NCBI GenBank assembly: GCA_012838545.1
Contig: DUPC01000006.1
Span: forward strand, 7,903-71,902
Reading direction: 5' to 3'
Length of the DNA stretch: 64,000 bases
Source of the DNA: Acholeplasmataceae bacterium
Lineage (GTDB): Bacteria; Bacillota_I; Bacilli_A; ML615J-28; CAG-313
Shown here: piece after piece, positions 11,086 to 21,092 of the stretch
How positions within the stretch are numbered: position 1 is the first letter of the stretch
Layout of the letters: every line of letters begins with the position of its first letter
Notes under the pieces: model-generated
The model's database searches: none
What the model was told of the DNA's origin: nothing
The model's input: only the letters and a program-made list of their open reading frames with translations
Position numbers and translations under genes: made by a program

Positions 11086-11234
11086 ATAACGGGTACTAAA
11101 AGTCAAGTGCTTTTGGTATCCTTTTTTTATTGTCCGTTCTGTTTAGGTTTTCTCAAAACAAACTAAAACGCCGTTTTCGTTAAAGTATAATCGCTTGATT
11201 ATTACCCTTTTTAACAAATAATGAATTGATTGAT

Positions 11235-11263
11235 TTGACTTTTTCCTCGTTTGATAGTAAAAT
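11235..11263 (+). promoter_or_regulatory. putative promoter TTGACT-17-TAAAAT for the GGDEF gene
   Basis: TTGACT at 11235-11240, TAAAAT at 11258-11263; RBS AGGAGG at 11271-11276. Confidence 0.45.
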
Positions 11264-11281
11264 ATTAAATAGGAGGTAACA

Positions 11282-12406
11282 ATGCATAGTCGAAATAAAG
11301 AACCGTTCAGTTCGTTTTTGGAATACATCGCAAAAGTAAATTACTCTAAAGTGTTAATATTGACCTTTTCTATCAATATTTACCTTCTGACCTTAATTAC
11401 CTATTATCTTTTTGCGCGAAACCTAGCCGAAACCAGAAATATCATTTATTTTTCGTTTTATTGCCTTTTGTTTACCGTATTTTTGGTTTCCATCGCCGTT
11501 TTTATTCGGATTCACACATTTACCCCTAAGCAAATCAAACTGTTCAATTATTGGGTAAATGGCTTGTGTGGCTTTACGATGTTTTGGTGTTTATCATATA
11601 CGATTATTGACTTACACTATAATTACCCTTTGCCGGTCTTATCGTTTTTAACTTATTGCATGGTTTTCATGGGTGGACTTATTCTTTCGCCGATCTTTGT
11701 TTCAATTGTTTTTACCCTCGCTTGGGTTATTTTTAATCTTGCGGGTTCACGGATTATTTATGGTACCTTTTTAAGTTTGCATTTGTTTCTTACCTCAGTC
11801 GTTTATATCGGTATTGGTTTAATCGTGATGTATACCAATTATCGTATTAGGCGCCGCGATTGGGAACAAACCCATATCTTGAAGAAGCTAAATCACGAGT
11901 TGGAGACAGCGGTTCGAACCGACTATTTAACCGGTCTCGGTAATCGCCTGGCTTTTGACGAAACTTTTTCTTTCATCAAAAAAGAATGTTTATCCGAAAA
12001 CATGGGTTTAGGCCTCTTGTTTATCGATATTGATAATTTCAAAACAGTCAACGATAAATTTGGTCATCAAAAAGGCGACGAAGTTTTGAAATATTCCTCA
12101 AACCTTATCAAAAATCTTTATCCCCACGCTTTCCGCTTTGGGGGCGAAGAATTTTTAATTTTACTGAAAATTGCCAATGTCGATGAACTAATGCAAATAA
12201 GCAATAATATCTGCCAAATGGTGGAAAAGTCTCTTGCACCCTTAGTCAGCGATATCGACATTACCGTCAGTATCGGCGTGCATTATGAAACACCACCCAT
12301 TAACTCCACCATTTATGATTTTATTAATTATGCGGACATCGCTTTATATCAAGCGAAGAAAGCCGGAAAAAACCGCGCTCATCTTCAATACAATCATATT
12401 AAGTAA
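11282..12406 (+). CDS. membrane-anchored diguanylate cyclase (GGDEF domain)
   Basis: 374 aa; about 5 N-terminal TM helices, then a GGDEF domain with an intact GGEEF motif (RFGGEEFLILL). Confidence 0.85.
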   Translation: MHSRNKEPFSSFLEYIAKVNYSKVLILTFSINIYLLTLITYYLFARNLAETRNIIYFSFYCLLFTVFLVSIAVFIRIHTFTPKQIKLFNYWVNGLCGFTMFWCLSYTIIDLHYNYPLPVLSFLTYCMVFMGGLILSPIFVSIVFTLAWVIFNLAGSRIIYGTFLSLHLFLTSVVYIGIGLIVMYTNYRIRRRDWEQTHILKKLNHELETAVRTDYLTGLGNRLAFDETFSFIKKECLSENMGLGLLFIDIDNFKTVNDKFGHQKGDEVLKYSSNLIKNLYPHAFRFGGEEFLILLKIANVDELMQISNNICQMVEKSLAPLVSDIDITVSIGVHYETPPINSTIYDFINYADIALYQAKKAGKNRAHLQYNHIK

Positions 12407-12455
12407 TAATTTATTAAAATATTTGGTATGATAAAGCAGATAGCAAAACTATCAA

Positions 12456-12479
12456 CAGATAGAATCTATCTGCTTTTTT
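12456..12479 (+). terminator. rho-independent terminator
   Basis: CAGATAG-aat-CTATCTG perfect 7-bp stem followed by CTTTTTT. Confidence 0.75.
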
Positions 12480-12492
12480 CTATGCATTTTGC

Positions 12493-12541
12493 TTGCCAAC
12501 GTAACATTGTTACGGTATAATGTTATTAAACGTAACATTGT
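12493..12541 (+). promoter_or_regulatory. promoter TTGCCA-17-TATAAT overlapped by a palindrome and a direct repeat (candidate operator)
   Basis: TTGCCA at 12493-12498 and TATAAT at 12516-12521. Palindrome AACGTAACATTGTTACG at 12498-12514. AACGTAACATTGT repeats at 12529-12541. Confidence 0.5.
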
Positions 12542-12552
12542 GAGGTGATGAT

Positions 12553-13134
12553 ATGGAAATGATATCCAAAAAAGAGTTACTGCAAATCACCAAAATTTCC
12601 TATGGTCAGCTGTATCGTTGGAAACGGGAAGGTTTGATTCCCGATGAATGGTTTATCAAACAATCGGTGGCAAGCGGACAGGAGACTTACTTTTATAAAG
12701 AGCAAATCATTCCTCGAATCGAGGCAATCCTATCGCTTAAAGATCGCTATTCCCATGATGAAATCAAACAGTTTTTGAATCCCAATGCCAAGGAACGCAA
12801 GTTTTCCCTTTCGGAAGCGGTATTGATAAAAGGAATCGACCCTTTTGTCTTACGCATCTATGCCCAAGAGAAAAACGATTTGTCTATTTTCGATTTAGTG
12901 GTTGTCTATTTCTTTTCCGAGAACCAAGCTTTATTAGACATCAGCAACTATTTATTGTTAGATTTTGGCAAAATTGTTTCGCTTGATCAGTATTTTTATC
13001 TGGTCAAGGAGTATTTGGGAAAACCTTATTTGATTGTTGCGGGGGAAGATGCTTTATTCGATCCCCAATTAACACTGATTAAAAAGCAATCATTATCCGA
13101 GATTTCGGGAATTATTGCGAAAGAATTAAAATAG
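12553..13134 (+). CDS. YhbD-like DUF4004 protein with N-terminal MerR-like HTH
   Basis: 193 aa; N-terminal ...LQITKISYGQLYRWKREGLIP... HTH. Followed directly by a bactofilin gene, as in the B. subtilis yhbDEF arrangement. Confidence 0.55.
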   Translation: MEMISKKELLQITKISYGQLYRWKREGLIPDEWFIKQSVASGQETYFYKEQIIPRIEAILSLKDRYSHDEIKQFLNPNAKERKFSLSEAVLIKGIDPFVLRIYAQEKNDLSIFDLVVVYFFSENQALLDISNYLLLDFGKIVSLDQYFYLVKEYLGKPYLIVAGEDALFDPQLTLIKKQSLSEISGIIAKELK

Positions 13135-13147
13135 GAGGAAAATAAAA

Positions 13148-13729
13148 ATGAACGACAGTAAAATTTATGGAGCCGGAACGATAAGCGGCGGAACCTTTCG
13201 GGAAGTTTCGATTGCAGGAAGCGGAAAAATAACGGGAAAATTAACCGCTGAAACTTTGGTAATTTCGGGAGCAGGAAAAGCCATGGATAACCTAGATGTA
13301 AAAACCATGAAAGTAAGCGGTACCTTTTCAGCTAAAAACATTAAAACACAAGAAATCAAAGTATCCGGGGTATTGAAAGTTGCAGAAAACTTATCCAGTG
13401 CCAAAGCCCATGTATCCGGATCGCTCATAGTAAAAAAAGAAGCCAATGTCGATGACTTTTACTTAAAATCTTCCAACAGCGAAATTCAAGCCCTTCACGG
13501 CGATAAAGTCACCATTAAACGGGAACTTGCCTTCTTCTTCAACACCAAACACAACCAAATTGAAGAAATCGAAGCCACCACGATTGACATCGAATACGTC
13601 AAAGGCAAACGAGTAAGCGGCGATTACGTTACCATTGGTCAAGGATGTATTATCGAAACTGTTGAATACCACAGTAAAATAACCGTCCATAAGGAAGCAA
13701 AAATCGACAACATTGTAAAACTAAGCTAG
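13148..13729 (+). CDS. bactofilin family (DUF583) polymer-forming protein
   Basis: 193 aa; repetitive beta-helix-like G/V/S-rich repeats (ISGGTFREVSIAGSGKITGKL...) typical of bactofilins, YhbE/YhbF-like. Confidence 0.7.
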   Translation: MNDSKIYGAGTISGGTFREVSIAGSGKITGKLTAETLVISGAGKAMDNLDVKTMKVSGTFSAKNIKTQEIKVSGVLKVAENLSSAKAHVSGSLIVKKEANVDDFYLKSSNSEIQALHGDKVTIKRELAFFFNTKHNQIEEIEATTIDIEYVKGKRVSGDYVTIGQGCIIETVEYHSKITVHKEAKIDNIVKLS

Positions 13730-13811
13730 CGCTTTTTTTCTTATTTGTTTGCATTATTCTTTAAAATTTGGTAGAATAAATAACTAAGTGATACACAAGG
13801 AGAATTAGACC

Positions 13812-15596
13812 ATGATATTCGGCAAATATATCAATCGCTATTATTTACGCTTTTTGCATTTAATTTTGCTTGGAGCCGCCGCTTTAATCGTCGTCGATTA
13901 TGCACAACTACGCATTCCCGAATACGAAGGAATCATTGTCGACAGTTTAAGCGAAAAAGCAATGACCTTGGAACTTTTAGAAGAATTAATGTTTAAGTTT
14001 CTGTTAATTGCTTTAGCGATGTTTATCGGTCGGTTTCTTTGGCGCATAACCATCTTTGGAACCGGCGTTCGCGTGGAAGCAGACCTAAGAGACAGGATGT
14101 TTGCCCACAGCGAAAAATTATCGCAAAACTATTTTCACAAAAATAAAGTCGGGGCGCAAATGGCGCTTTACACTAACGACTTAAATGCTATCAGGCTAGC
14201 TTTCAGCATGGGAATCCTGACGCTTGTTGATGCCCTGTTTATGGGTTCCCTTGCTTTATACTATATGTTTAAAATCAATGTGATGCTTACTTTATTGCTT
14301 TCGATACCGATGTTTCTTATGGCCCTAGCGGGCGGAATCATCGGAAAATTCATGAGAGTAAAATTCCAAGAACGCCAAAAAGCGTTTGAGAATTTATCGG
14401 ATTTCACCCAAGAAAACTTTTCCGGTTTAAGCGTTATCAAAGCCTTTGTCAAAGAAGGAAAGGAACTGCTTTCGTTTAGGAAGATAAATAAAGAGAATGC
14501 AGAAAAGAATGTAGTATTCCTCCGCTATGCCAATTTGCTTTACGTTATTATTTTAGTAACCATCAACTTAATTGGTTTTATTTTAATCGGTGTAGGCAGT
14601 TACTTAATCATCAAAACCAAGTCAACAAATCCGGAAATCGGTTTTACCGTTGGGGATTTGACCCGTTTTATTTCTTATTTTAGTTCGCTCATTTGGCCGA
14701 TGATGGCGATTTCGCAACTCATCAATCTTCGCAGCCAAGGCAAAGCCAGCTACAAACGCATTAAAACCCTTTTTGATGAACCAATCGATATTGTTGACAA
14801 TAATCCTGTCCAAGTTAAGGTTTTAAGAGGCGAAATCACATATCGCAACTTTAATTTTGCTTATCCCGATACCGACCGTTCGGTGTTAAAAGATATCAAT
14901 TTGGAGATTAAACCAGGCGAATCGGTAGGTATTATCGGACGAACCGGATGTGGAAAAACCACTTTGGTGGATGTACTGCTTAGGTTATACAATTTGGAAG
15001 AAAGCACTTTGTTTATCGACGGCATCGATATCATGCGTTTGCCAATTAAACAAGTGCGGGATTTATTCGGTTATGTTCCTCAAGACAACTTCCTCTTTAG
15101 CGATACCATTCACAACAATATCGCTTTTGCACATGAATCTTTACCAGAAGACGAAGTGAAGCATTATGCAAGTTTAGCGGATGTGGCAGGCAACATTGAA
15201 GAGTTTTCCCAAAAATACCAAACCGTTTTGGGGGAACGGGGGGTAACCGTTTCAGGGGGGCAAAAGCAACGCATCTCCATTGCCCGGGCCTTAGCCAAAG
15301 ACCCCAAAGTCTTAATTTTGGACGATTCGATTTCCGCGGTAGATTCCAAAACCGAAGAAACGATTCTTTCAAACTTACAGGAATTTAAAAAAGACCGCAC
15401 GATTATTCTTATTGCCCATCGGGTTTCATCAATTCAAAACCTCGATAAAATTGTCTTTATGGATAACGGCCGTATCCTCGGTGTGGGAACTCATGAAGAA
15501 TTAATGGAAAACGTCAAACTATATCAAGATTTAGTTCAATTGCAAGAACTTGAAGAACAAGTGGAAGTAGTCAAAGGTGACGAACATGGGGAATAA
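13812..15596 (+). CDS. ABC transporter permease/ATP-binding protein (type I exporter half-transporter)
   Basis: 594 aa; six-TM domain followed by an NBD with Walker A GRTGCGKTT, signature VSGGQKQRISIA and Walker B ILILDD. Confidence 0.9.
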   Translation: MIFGKYINRYYLRFLHLILLGAAALIVVDYAQLRIPEYEGIIVDSLSEKAMTLELLEELMFKFLLIALAMFIGRFLWRITIFGTGVRVEADLRDRMFAHSEKLSQNYFHKNKVGAQMALYTNDLNAIRLAFSMGILTLVDALFMGSLALYYMFKINVMLTLLLSIPMFLMALAGGIIGKFMRVKFQERQKAFENLSDFTQENFSGLSVIKAFVKEGKELLSFRKINKENAEKNVVFLRYANLLYVIILVTINLIGFILIGVGSYLIIKTKSTNPEIGFTVGDLTRFISYFSSLIWPMMAISQLINLRSQGKASYKRIKTLFDEPIDIVDNNPVQVKVLRGEITYRNFNFAYPDTDRSVLKDINLEIKPGESVGIIGRTGCGKTTLVDVLLRLYNLEESTLFIDGIDIMRLPIKQVRDLFGYVPQDNFLFSDTIHNNIAFAHESLPEDEVKHYASLADVAGNIEEFSQKYQTVLGERGVTVSGGQKQRISIARALAKDPKVLILDDSISAVDSKTEETILSNLQEFKKDRTIILIAHRVSSIQNLDKIVFMDNGRILGVGTHEELMENVKLYQDLVQLQELEEQVEVVKGDEHGE

Positions 15597-17436
15597 AGAA
15601 AAAACAACCAAGAAAAAGAGAATTGATGAAATGCTTGATCAAGAACATAATGAACGCAAAATGACCGATGGCGAAATTACTAAAAGGCTCTTAAAATACC
15701 TGACCCCTTATTTATGGCAATTTGCTTTAGCGTTTTTGTTGATGATATTTGCGGTATTTGGGGATATCATTTTGCCGGTGTTATTGGGAGGAGCTATCGA
15801 TATGCTTGATTCTCCCGATGCCTCGTTTGTCAAAATCATCTACTTAGTGGTTGCAGCCCTAGCAATCACTCTTATTTATGCTTTCTCGCAATACCACCAA
15901 ACGATGGTTTTGCAAAGAACCGGTCAAAAAATTCTCATGCAAATCCGTGAGGACGTCTTCTGGAAAATCGAAAACTTTTCTACCGCTCAAGTCAACCAAA
16001 ACCCGATTGGCAGACTTGTGACCAGAGTTACAAATGACACTAACGCTTTAAACGAATTATATACCAATGTTTTTGTAAATTTAATTAAGAATGTATTAAC
16101 AATTTTGTTCATTATCGGCATTATGTTGGTGGTCAATATTAAGATGGCCTTGATAACTTTATCGCTGATGCCTTTAGTGGGACTCTTCTCTTTTATCTTT
16201 CACCGTTATTCTAGGAGGGCTCACCGTCGCGTTCGACACAGCATCTCAAGACTCAACGCCTTTTTATCGGAAAACCTATCGGGAATGAAGATTACCCAAG
16301 TCTTTAACCAAGAAAAGAAAAAACACCATGAGTTTAAAGAACGCAATAACGAATGGCGAAAAAACTCCTTGCGTTCGATTCTGCTCTTTGGAATCTTTAG
16401 ACCGTCGATTTATGTATTGTTTATTTTAACTTTGATTTTGGTTTTATACTTCAGCAGTAAGCAAATCATGGATTCGAACTACACGGTAAAAATCAGCACT
16501 CTGATTATTTTTTATAATTATGCAGGGATGTTATTTAATCCAATCCAACAGCTTGCGGAACAATTCAATGCTTTACAGGCAGGATTTGCTTCCAGTGAAA
16601 GAATCTTTGAAATTCTGGATTATCCTACCGATATAGTCGACAGCCCTGATGCGATTGAATTAGAAGAAATCAAGGGCGATATTGAATTCCAACATGTGTG
16701 GTTTTGCTATGAACCGAACGAATGGATACTTAAGGATGTTTCCTTTAAAGTCAACGCTAAAGAAACCGTAGCTTTTGTAGGTGCAACCGGCAGCGGAAAA
16801 ACCACAATTCTATCTTTGATTGTGCGTAATTACGATATTCAAAAGGGAAGGATTCTCATTGACGGCATTGACATTAAACAAATCAAATTATCGTCACTGC
16901 GTTCCAAGATTGGCCAAATGTTGCAAGATGTATTTTTGTTTAGCGGCACAATTGCAACCAACATCAGTTTAAACGAAGAAAATAGCACTTTTGAGGAAAT
17001 TAAACAAGCTTGCGAATATGTCAATGCCAGCAAGTTTATCGAAAAACTGCCCAATCAATATGACGAGGAAGTAAGGGAAAGAGGAAACAACTTCTCCTCC
17101 GGTCAACGGCAATTGCTTTCGTTTGCCCGCACCATTCTCCATAAACCGAGCATCTTAATCCTTGACGAAGCCACCGCAAACATTGACACTGAAACCGAAG
17201 TCTTGATTCAGGATTCGCTAAAGAAAATGATGAACATCGGCACGATGTTGATTGTTGCGCATCGTTTGTCGACAATTCAACACGCCGATAAGATTTTTGT
17301 TTTGCGACTTGGTAAGATTATTGAAAGCGGCAATCATCAAGAGTTAATTGCCAAAGGCGGCCATTATCAAGAACTTTATCAATTGCAATCGCAAAAATTA
17401 AAAATCCAAGCTCCCAAAAACAATAATAATCATTAA
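15586..17436 (+). CDS. ABC transporter permease/ATP-binding protein (heterodimer partner)
   Basis: About 616 aa; TMD plus NBD (GATGSGKTT, SSGQRQLLSFAR, ILILDEAT). ATG at 15586 with an AAGGTGA RBS; overlaps the upstream gene. Confidence 0.9.
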   Translation: MGNKEKTTKKKRIDEMLDQEHNERKMTDGEITKRLLKYLTPYLWQFALAFLLMIFAVFGDIILPVLLGGAIDMLDSPDASFVKIIYLVVAALAITLIYAFSQYHQTMVLQRTGQKILMQIREDVFWKIENFSTAQVNQNPIGRLVTRVTNDTNALNELYTNVFVNLIKNVLTILFIIGIMLVVNIKMALITLSLMPLVGLFSFIFHRYSRRAHRRVRHSISRLNAFLSENLSGMKITQVFNQEKKKHHEFKERNNEWRKNSLRSILLFGIFRPSIYVLFILTLILVLYFSSKQIMDSNYTVKISTLIIFYNYAGMLFNPIQQLAEQFNALQAGFASSERIFEILDYPTDIVDSPDAIELEEIKGDIEFQHVWFCYEPNEWILKDVSFKVNAKETVAFVGATGSGKTTILSLIVRNYDIQKGRILIDGIDIKQIKLSSLRSKIGQMLQDVFLFSGTIATNISLNEENSTFEEIKQACEYVNASKFIEKLPNQYDEEVRERGNNFSSGQRQLLSFARTILHKPSILILDEATANIDTETEVLIQDSLKKMMNIGTMLIVAHRLSTIQHADKIFVLRLGKIIESGNHQELIAKGGHYQELYQLQSQKLKIQAPKNNNNH

Positions 17437-17440
17437 GCAA

Positions 17441-17487
17441 AAGGATGGATTATTTCTCACAAGGAAAAAATCCATCCTTTTTGTTTT
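17441..17487 (+). terminator. rho-independent terminator after the ABC exporter pair
   Basis: AAGGATGGATT...AATCCATCCTT stem followed by a T-run. Confidence 0.7.
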
Positions 17488-17536
17488 GAAGTATGAAATG
17501 GCTTGTTTTAGTAGAAAATAGACTAGGTGATGTTTT

Positions 17537-19015
17537 TTGAAAAAGCAAGTCTTATCATATTGGTTAAAGGATAGTCAGAAAAAGACTTATCCCAGACTGG
17601 AAAGTAATATCAATGTCGATGTTTTAATTGTTGGGGGAGGAATTACCGGTCTTCTTTGCGCATACCAACTAGCCAAACTCGATAAATATCGCATTGCCTT
17701 AGTGGAAAAGAATCAACTCTATCACAGTACAACCGGTTATACGACCGGAAAAGCAACCCTCCAACATGACGATATTTATCATCAGCTTCTTAAAAATAAA
17801 GGAGAAACAATCGCCAGAGCATACTATCTGGCGAATTCAGAAGCTGTGCTTGGCCTTAAAAAAATTGCCACAGAAGAAAATATCGACTGCGATTGGGTTG
17901 ACACGAAAGCGGTTCTTTATGCCTTTAATCAGGAGGAATTAAAACGGCTTCAAAAAGAACAAAGTGCATATGACACCTTGGGAATTCCTTATGAATGGTT
18001 GGACAAAGACAACATTCCATTTCCAACCCTCGGAGGTTTAGCGATTCCTAATCAAGGGGTATTTCATGTCGTTAAATTTTTGGACGGTATCGTCAGCAAA
18101 TTAAACATTGACATTTATGAAAAAACCAAAATCATCAAGACAAAGCCTTCCGAAAAAGGAGCCGTGGCCGAAACGGTTGACCACTACAAAATTCATGCCA
18201 AACACATCATTATTGCCACGCATTATCCGATTTATAAACGCTTTAACTTTTACTTCATGAAAATCAAACCGGTTTGTTCTTATATTGCGATTGCCAATGA
18301 ATTTGCAATACCTTCGGATAACGCTTATATCAACCTAATCGAACCCGTTCTTTCCATTAGGTTTTTGGATTCCGCTATGCCCAAACTAATGGTAGCAGGC
18401 TTCGGACACGATGTCAAAAACTATTATTCCTATAGGGAGCAAATCCATAGGTTAAAAACAATGGCAACCGGAAAATTACAAGCCAAGGACTTCTTTGAAG
18501 AATGGTACAACCAAGACTATGAAACGATGGACATGATTCCGTTAATCGGAAAAGCCGCGGATGGGCCGTTATACATTGCCACCGGTTACCGAAAATGGGG
18601 CATTTCTTCCAGCTTCGTTGCCAGTCAAATCATCAAGGACCAAATTCAAGGAGTCAACAATCAATATGCCTACTTATTTGATCCTTGCCGAAGCAAAAAT
18701 GCTTTTAAAACTATTTGTTATAATTTTGCGATGTTTTCCACCGTCATCAAAACCAAACTGCTAACCGTTCCAAAATCCATCAAAATTAAACCGGGCACTG
18801 GAAGAATCATTCAACACAAAATGCGAAAAATCGGCATTTACATCGATCAAAACGGAAAAACCTATTCGGAAAAACCGATTTGCACCCATTTGGGCTGTAC
18901 TTTGCGTTTTAACAATGTTACCAAAACTTATGAATGTCCTTGTCACGGTTCTAGGTTTAATTACGATGGTACCTGCCTTGACGGTCCGGCTGTCAGGAAT
19001 CTAACTAAACTATAA
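17537..19015 (+). CDS. FAD-dependent oxidoreductase with C-terminal Rieske [2Fe-2S] domain
   Basis: 492 aa; N-terminal dinucleotide-binding fold VLIVGGGITGL; C-terminal CTHLGC...CPCHGS Rieske motif. TTG start, so the start is uncertain. Confidence 0.75.
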   Translation: MKKQVLSYWLKDSQKKTYPRLESNINVDVLIVGGGITGLLCAYQLAKLDKYRIALVEKNQLYHSTTGYTTGKATLQHDDIYHQLLKNKGETIARAYYLANSEAVLGLKKIATEENIDCDWVDTKAVLYAFNQEELKRLQKEQSAYDTLGIPYEWLDKDNIPFPTLGGLAIPNQGVFHVVKFLDGIVSKLNIDIYEKTKIIKTKPSEKGAVAETVDHYKIHAKHIIIATHYPIYKRFNFYFMKIKPVCSYIAIANEFAIPSDNAYINLIEPVLSIRFLDSAMPKLMVAGFGHDVKNYYSYREQIHRLKTMATGKLQAKDFFEEWYNQDYETMDMIPLIGKAADGPLYIATGYRKWGISSSFVASQIIKDQIQGVNNQYAYLFDPCRSKNAFKTICYNFAMFSTVIKTKLLTVPKSIKIKPGTGRIIQHKMRKIGIYIDQNGKTYSEKPICTHLGCTLRFNNVTKTYECPCHGSRFNYDGTCLDGPAVRNLTKL

Positions 19016-19025
19016 CTAAAAATAC

Positions 19026-19063
19026 AAAAAGCATGCAACCAAATAAAGTTACATGCTTTTTTT
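19026..19063. terminator. probable bidirectional terminator between the convergent Rieske/FAD and degV genes
   Basis: GCATG...CATGC hairpin flanked by A-run and T-run. Confidence 0.4.
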
Positions 19064-19085
19064 GAAATTCAGCTGTTTTAAACTG

Positions 19086-19946
19086 TTAATCTCGTTCAAA
19101 AATCCACGCTACGGCTATTCCTCCGTAAGCGATGTAAATCGCCATTAAAGGGGTTATTTCCATGCCCATTTCAATTTTTACATCGGGTAAGGCTTTTGAC
19201 AATTCATCATACAGTCTGTTTACCCGCTCAATCGCATTAACATGAGACAAGCGCAAGCGCATGCGTCCTTGGTGTTTTTTCCGTAAGCTTTGGCAGTAAT
19301 CAACAAAATAATGATAAACCTTTTTTTCGGAGCGGAATTTCTTTAAGATCATCACTTTCGCATCTTTGTACAAAACTACCGGTTTGACATGAAGGAGATT
19401 GCCGATAAAGGCTTTCATCCGGGATACTCTCCCCGAATAAAGAAGATTATCAAGCGTAACAAGGTTTAATAAAACTCCGCTGTCGGGTTTGTTTTTCTTG
19501 ATAATTTCAATAATTTCCGTAGGATGCTTGCCCTGTTCCATCGCTTCAATGCCGGTTTCCAAAAGCATCGCGGCTTCGATATTGACGCCCAAGGTATCGT
19601 GGACAAAAATATCCTCAGCACGTTCATGCATTTCCCGTGCCGCATTAGCGGATTGAACCGTTCCGCTTAAAAGCGATGATATCGTTAAACAAATTACATA
19701 ATCGGCGCCTTCTTTGAATGCTTGGTCATATAATAACTTGTAACTTCCGGGAGATGGTTGTGAGGTGGTTACTTTTTTTCCTTGCGCAACATATTCCATA
19801 ACATCGCGCACTTGAATTTCCACACCGTCCAAATAGCTTAAGCCATCGACGATGACGTTCAGCGGATTGATTAATATTTGGTATTTATCTAAATATTCGG
19901 GAGACATTCCAAATGTGCTGTCAATAATAAACCTGATCCTTTTCAT
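19086..19946 (-). CDS. DegV family fatty-acid-binding protein
   Basis: 286 aa; MKRIRFIIDSTFGMSPEYLDKYQI... typical DegV/DUF194. Confidence 0.85.
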   Translation of the reverse strand: MKRIRFIIDSTFGMSPEYLDKYQILINPLNVIVDGLSYLDGVEIQVRDVMEYVAQGKKVTTSQPSPGSYKLLYDQAFKEGADYVICLTISSLLSGTVQSANAAREMHERAEDIFVHDTLGVNIEAAMLLETGIEAMEQGKHPTEIIEIIKKNKPDSGVLLNLVTLDNLLYSGRVSRMKAFIGNLLHVKPVVLYKDAKVMILKKFRSEKKVYHYFVDYCQSLRKKHQGRMRLRLSHVNAIERVNRLYDELSKALPDVKIEMGMEITPLMAIYIAYGGIAVAWIFERD

Positions 19947-20078
19947 ATTGATTACTTCCTTACATGCTTATTATATCAAAAATCAAAAGACTTGTAAAAT
20001 TAAATAATAAAGTGCTCGGAAGGAAAAAAATTTTGCTTAGGCAAAATGGTTTTATTTTTTCAATTGGAATTTTTTTGT

Positions 20079-20504
20079 TTAATCAAGCGAATATAACATG
20101 ACTTGATTTAAGTTAAAGTCGGTCTTAACGAGAGGTGTTTCATCCAAATATACGTTTTGTTTATCAAACATCGCAAAACCAAATGAAGAAAAGATGGGCA
20201 CCATTTTGTTTTGAGAAACAAAAGACAGAACCTTTTTAATCTTGACTTCTCGCATTTTTTGAAAAACTTCATCCATTAAAGTTTTTAACCAAGTTTCCGA
20301 CAATTCCTTTTGAAAGATAAAAAAGCGGATTAAAGCAACTTTGTCAAAACACTCATAGGTTAATAGACCCCTTATGATATTTTGATTGAGAATAATAACC
20401 GTATTGGCAATCAGTTCTTCGCTTACTTCCTCAAGCAGAGGAAGTTTCTTGAAAAAAGCCTCGATTAAGGGGCGGCTTTTCTCGTTGGCATGAATAACCT
20501 CCAC
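20079..20504 (-). CDS. hypothetical protein (141 aa)
   Basis: ORF with good coding statistics; no recognisable motif. Confidence 0.35.
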   Translation of the reverse strand: MEVIHANEKSRPLIEAFFKKLPLLEEVSEELIANTVIILNQNIIRGLLTYECFDKVALIRFFIFQKELSETWLKTLMDEVFQKMREVKIKKVLSFVSQNKMVPIFSSFGFAMFDKQNVYLDETPLVKTDFNLNQVMLYSLD

Positions 20505-20546
20505 TTTAACACCTCGTTAAAGTATATGAATAATTTGCCCAATTGG

Positions 20547-21050
20547 TTATTTATTCTTGCCTTTTATCCACTTCTCATATATATAACTTTTATATTTGAT
20601 TTCTTCGAACGATAAACGTTCTTCATAAGATAACCCATAGTATTCGGGATATAATATGCTCCACCAGTTTCTTCCTTGGGCGTCACCCAATTGCACAATT
20701 AGGGTTTCATATTTGCCTCCGGGAATTAATTTGTCCCCGAAGGTTTTTGCGGGGTAGGATAAGGTTTGGTATGTCAGCGTCAAATTGTTTTTTAAGGATA
20801 CCCTTTTTTCGATTTCGGTTTTGATTCGATTTTGAACCGTTTTATCATGCAATTTATTATGATAATTATTTTGATCGATTATTTTAAGCATTTCTTCGAC
20901 AACTTGGTATTTTTCCTTTTGGTCGCTGTCGGAGTTGCTGGAAGCGATAACTCTGATTCTTGGATAATCAGGGGTTTTCGGTTTATCCACTAATTTGATG
21001 GTTAAAAAAACCACTAACCCAATAATTAAAATTTTTCCTACCTGACGCAT
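20547..21050 (-). CDS. spoIIR: stage II sporulation protein R
   Basis: 167 aa; N-terminal signal/TM segment. Contains RIRVIASSNSDSDQKEKYQV, resembling the SpoIIR motif (IRLHVIANSDS...) as recalled from memory. Lies beside tsaC/prmC/prfA as in the B. subtilis spoIIR neighbourhood. Confidence 0.6.
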   Translation of the reverse strand: MRQVGKILIIGLVVFLTIKLVDKPKTPDYPRIRVIASSNSDSDQKEKYQVVEEMLKIIDQNNYHNKLHDKTVQNRIKTEIEKRVSLKNNLTLTYQTLSYPAKTFGDKLIPGGKYETLIVQLGDAQGRNWWSILYPEYYGLSYEERLSFEEIKYKSYIYEKWIKGKNK

Positions 21051-21092
21051 AAAAAAACATCACCTTTACTATTTTGGTGATGTTTTCCAAAA

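Noticed and set aside
10979-11280. Integration hotspot or mobile element next to the tRNA gene.
   Set aside because: There is no integrase, no direct repeat of the tRNA 3' end, and no phage or transposon genes within several kb on either side.
11143-11328. 61-aa minus-strand ORF between the tRNA and the GGDEF gene.
   Set aside because: It overlaps the GGDEF promoter, RBS and start. It has no RBS of its own and its composition is AT-driven.
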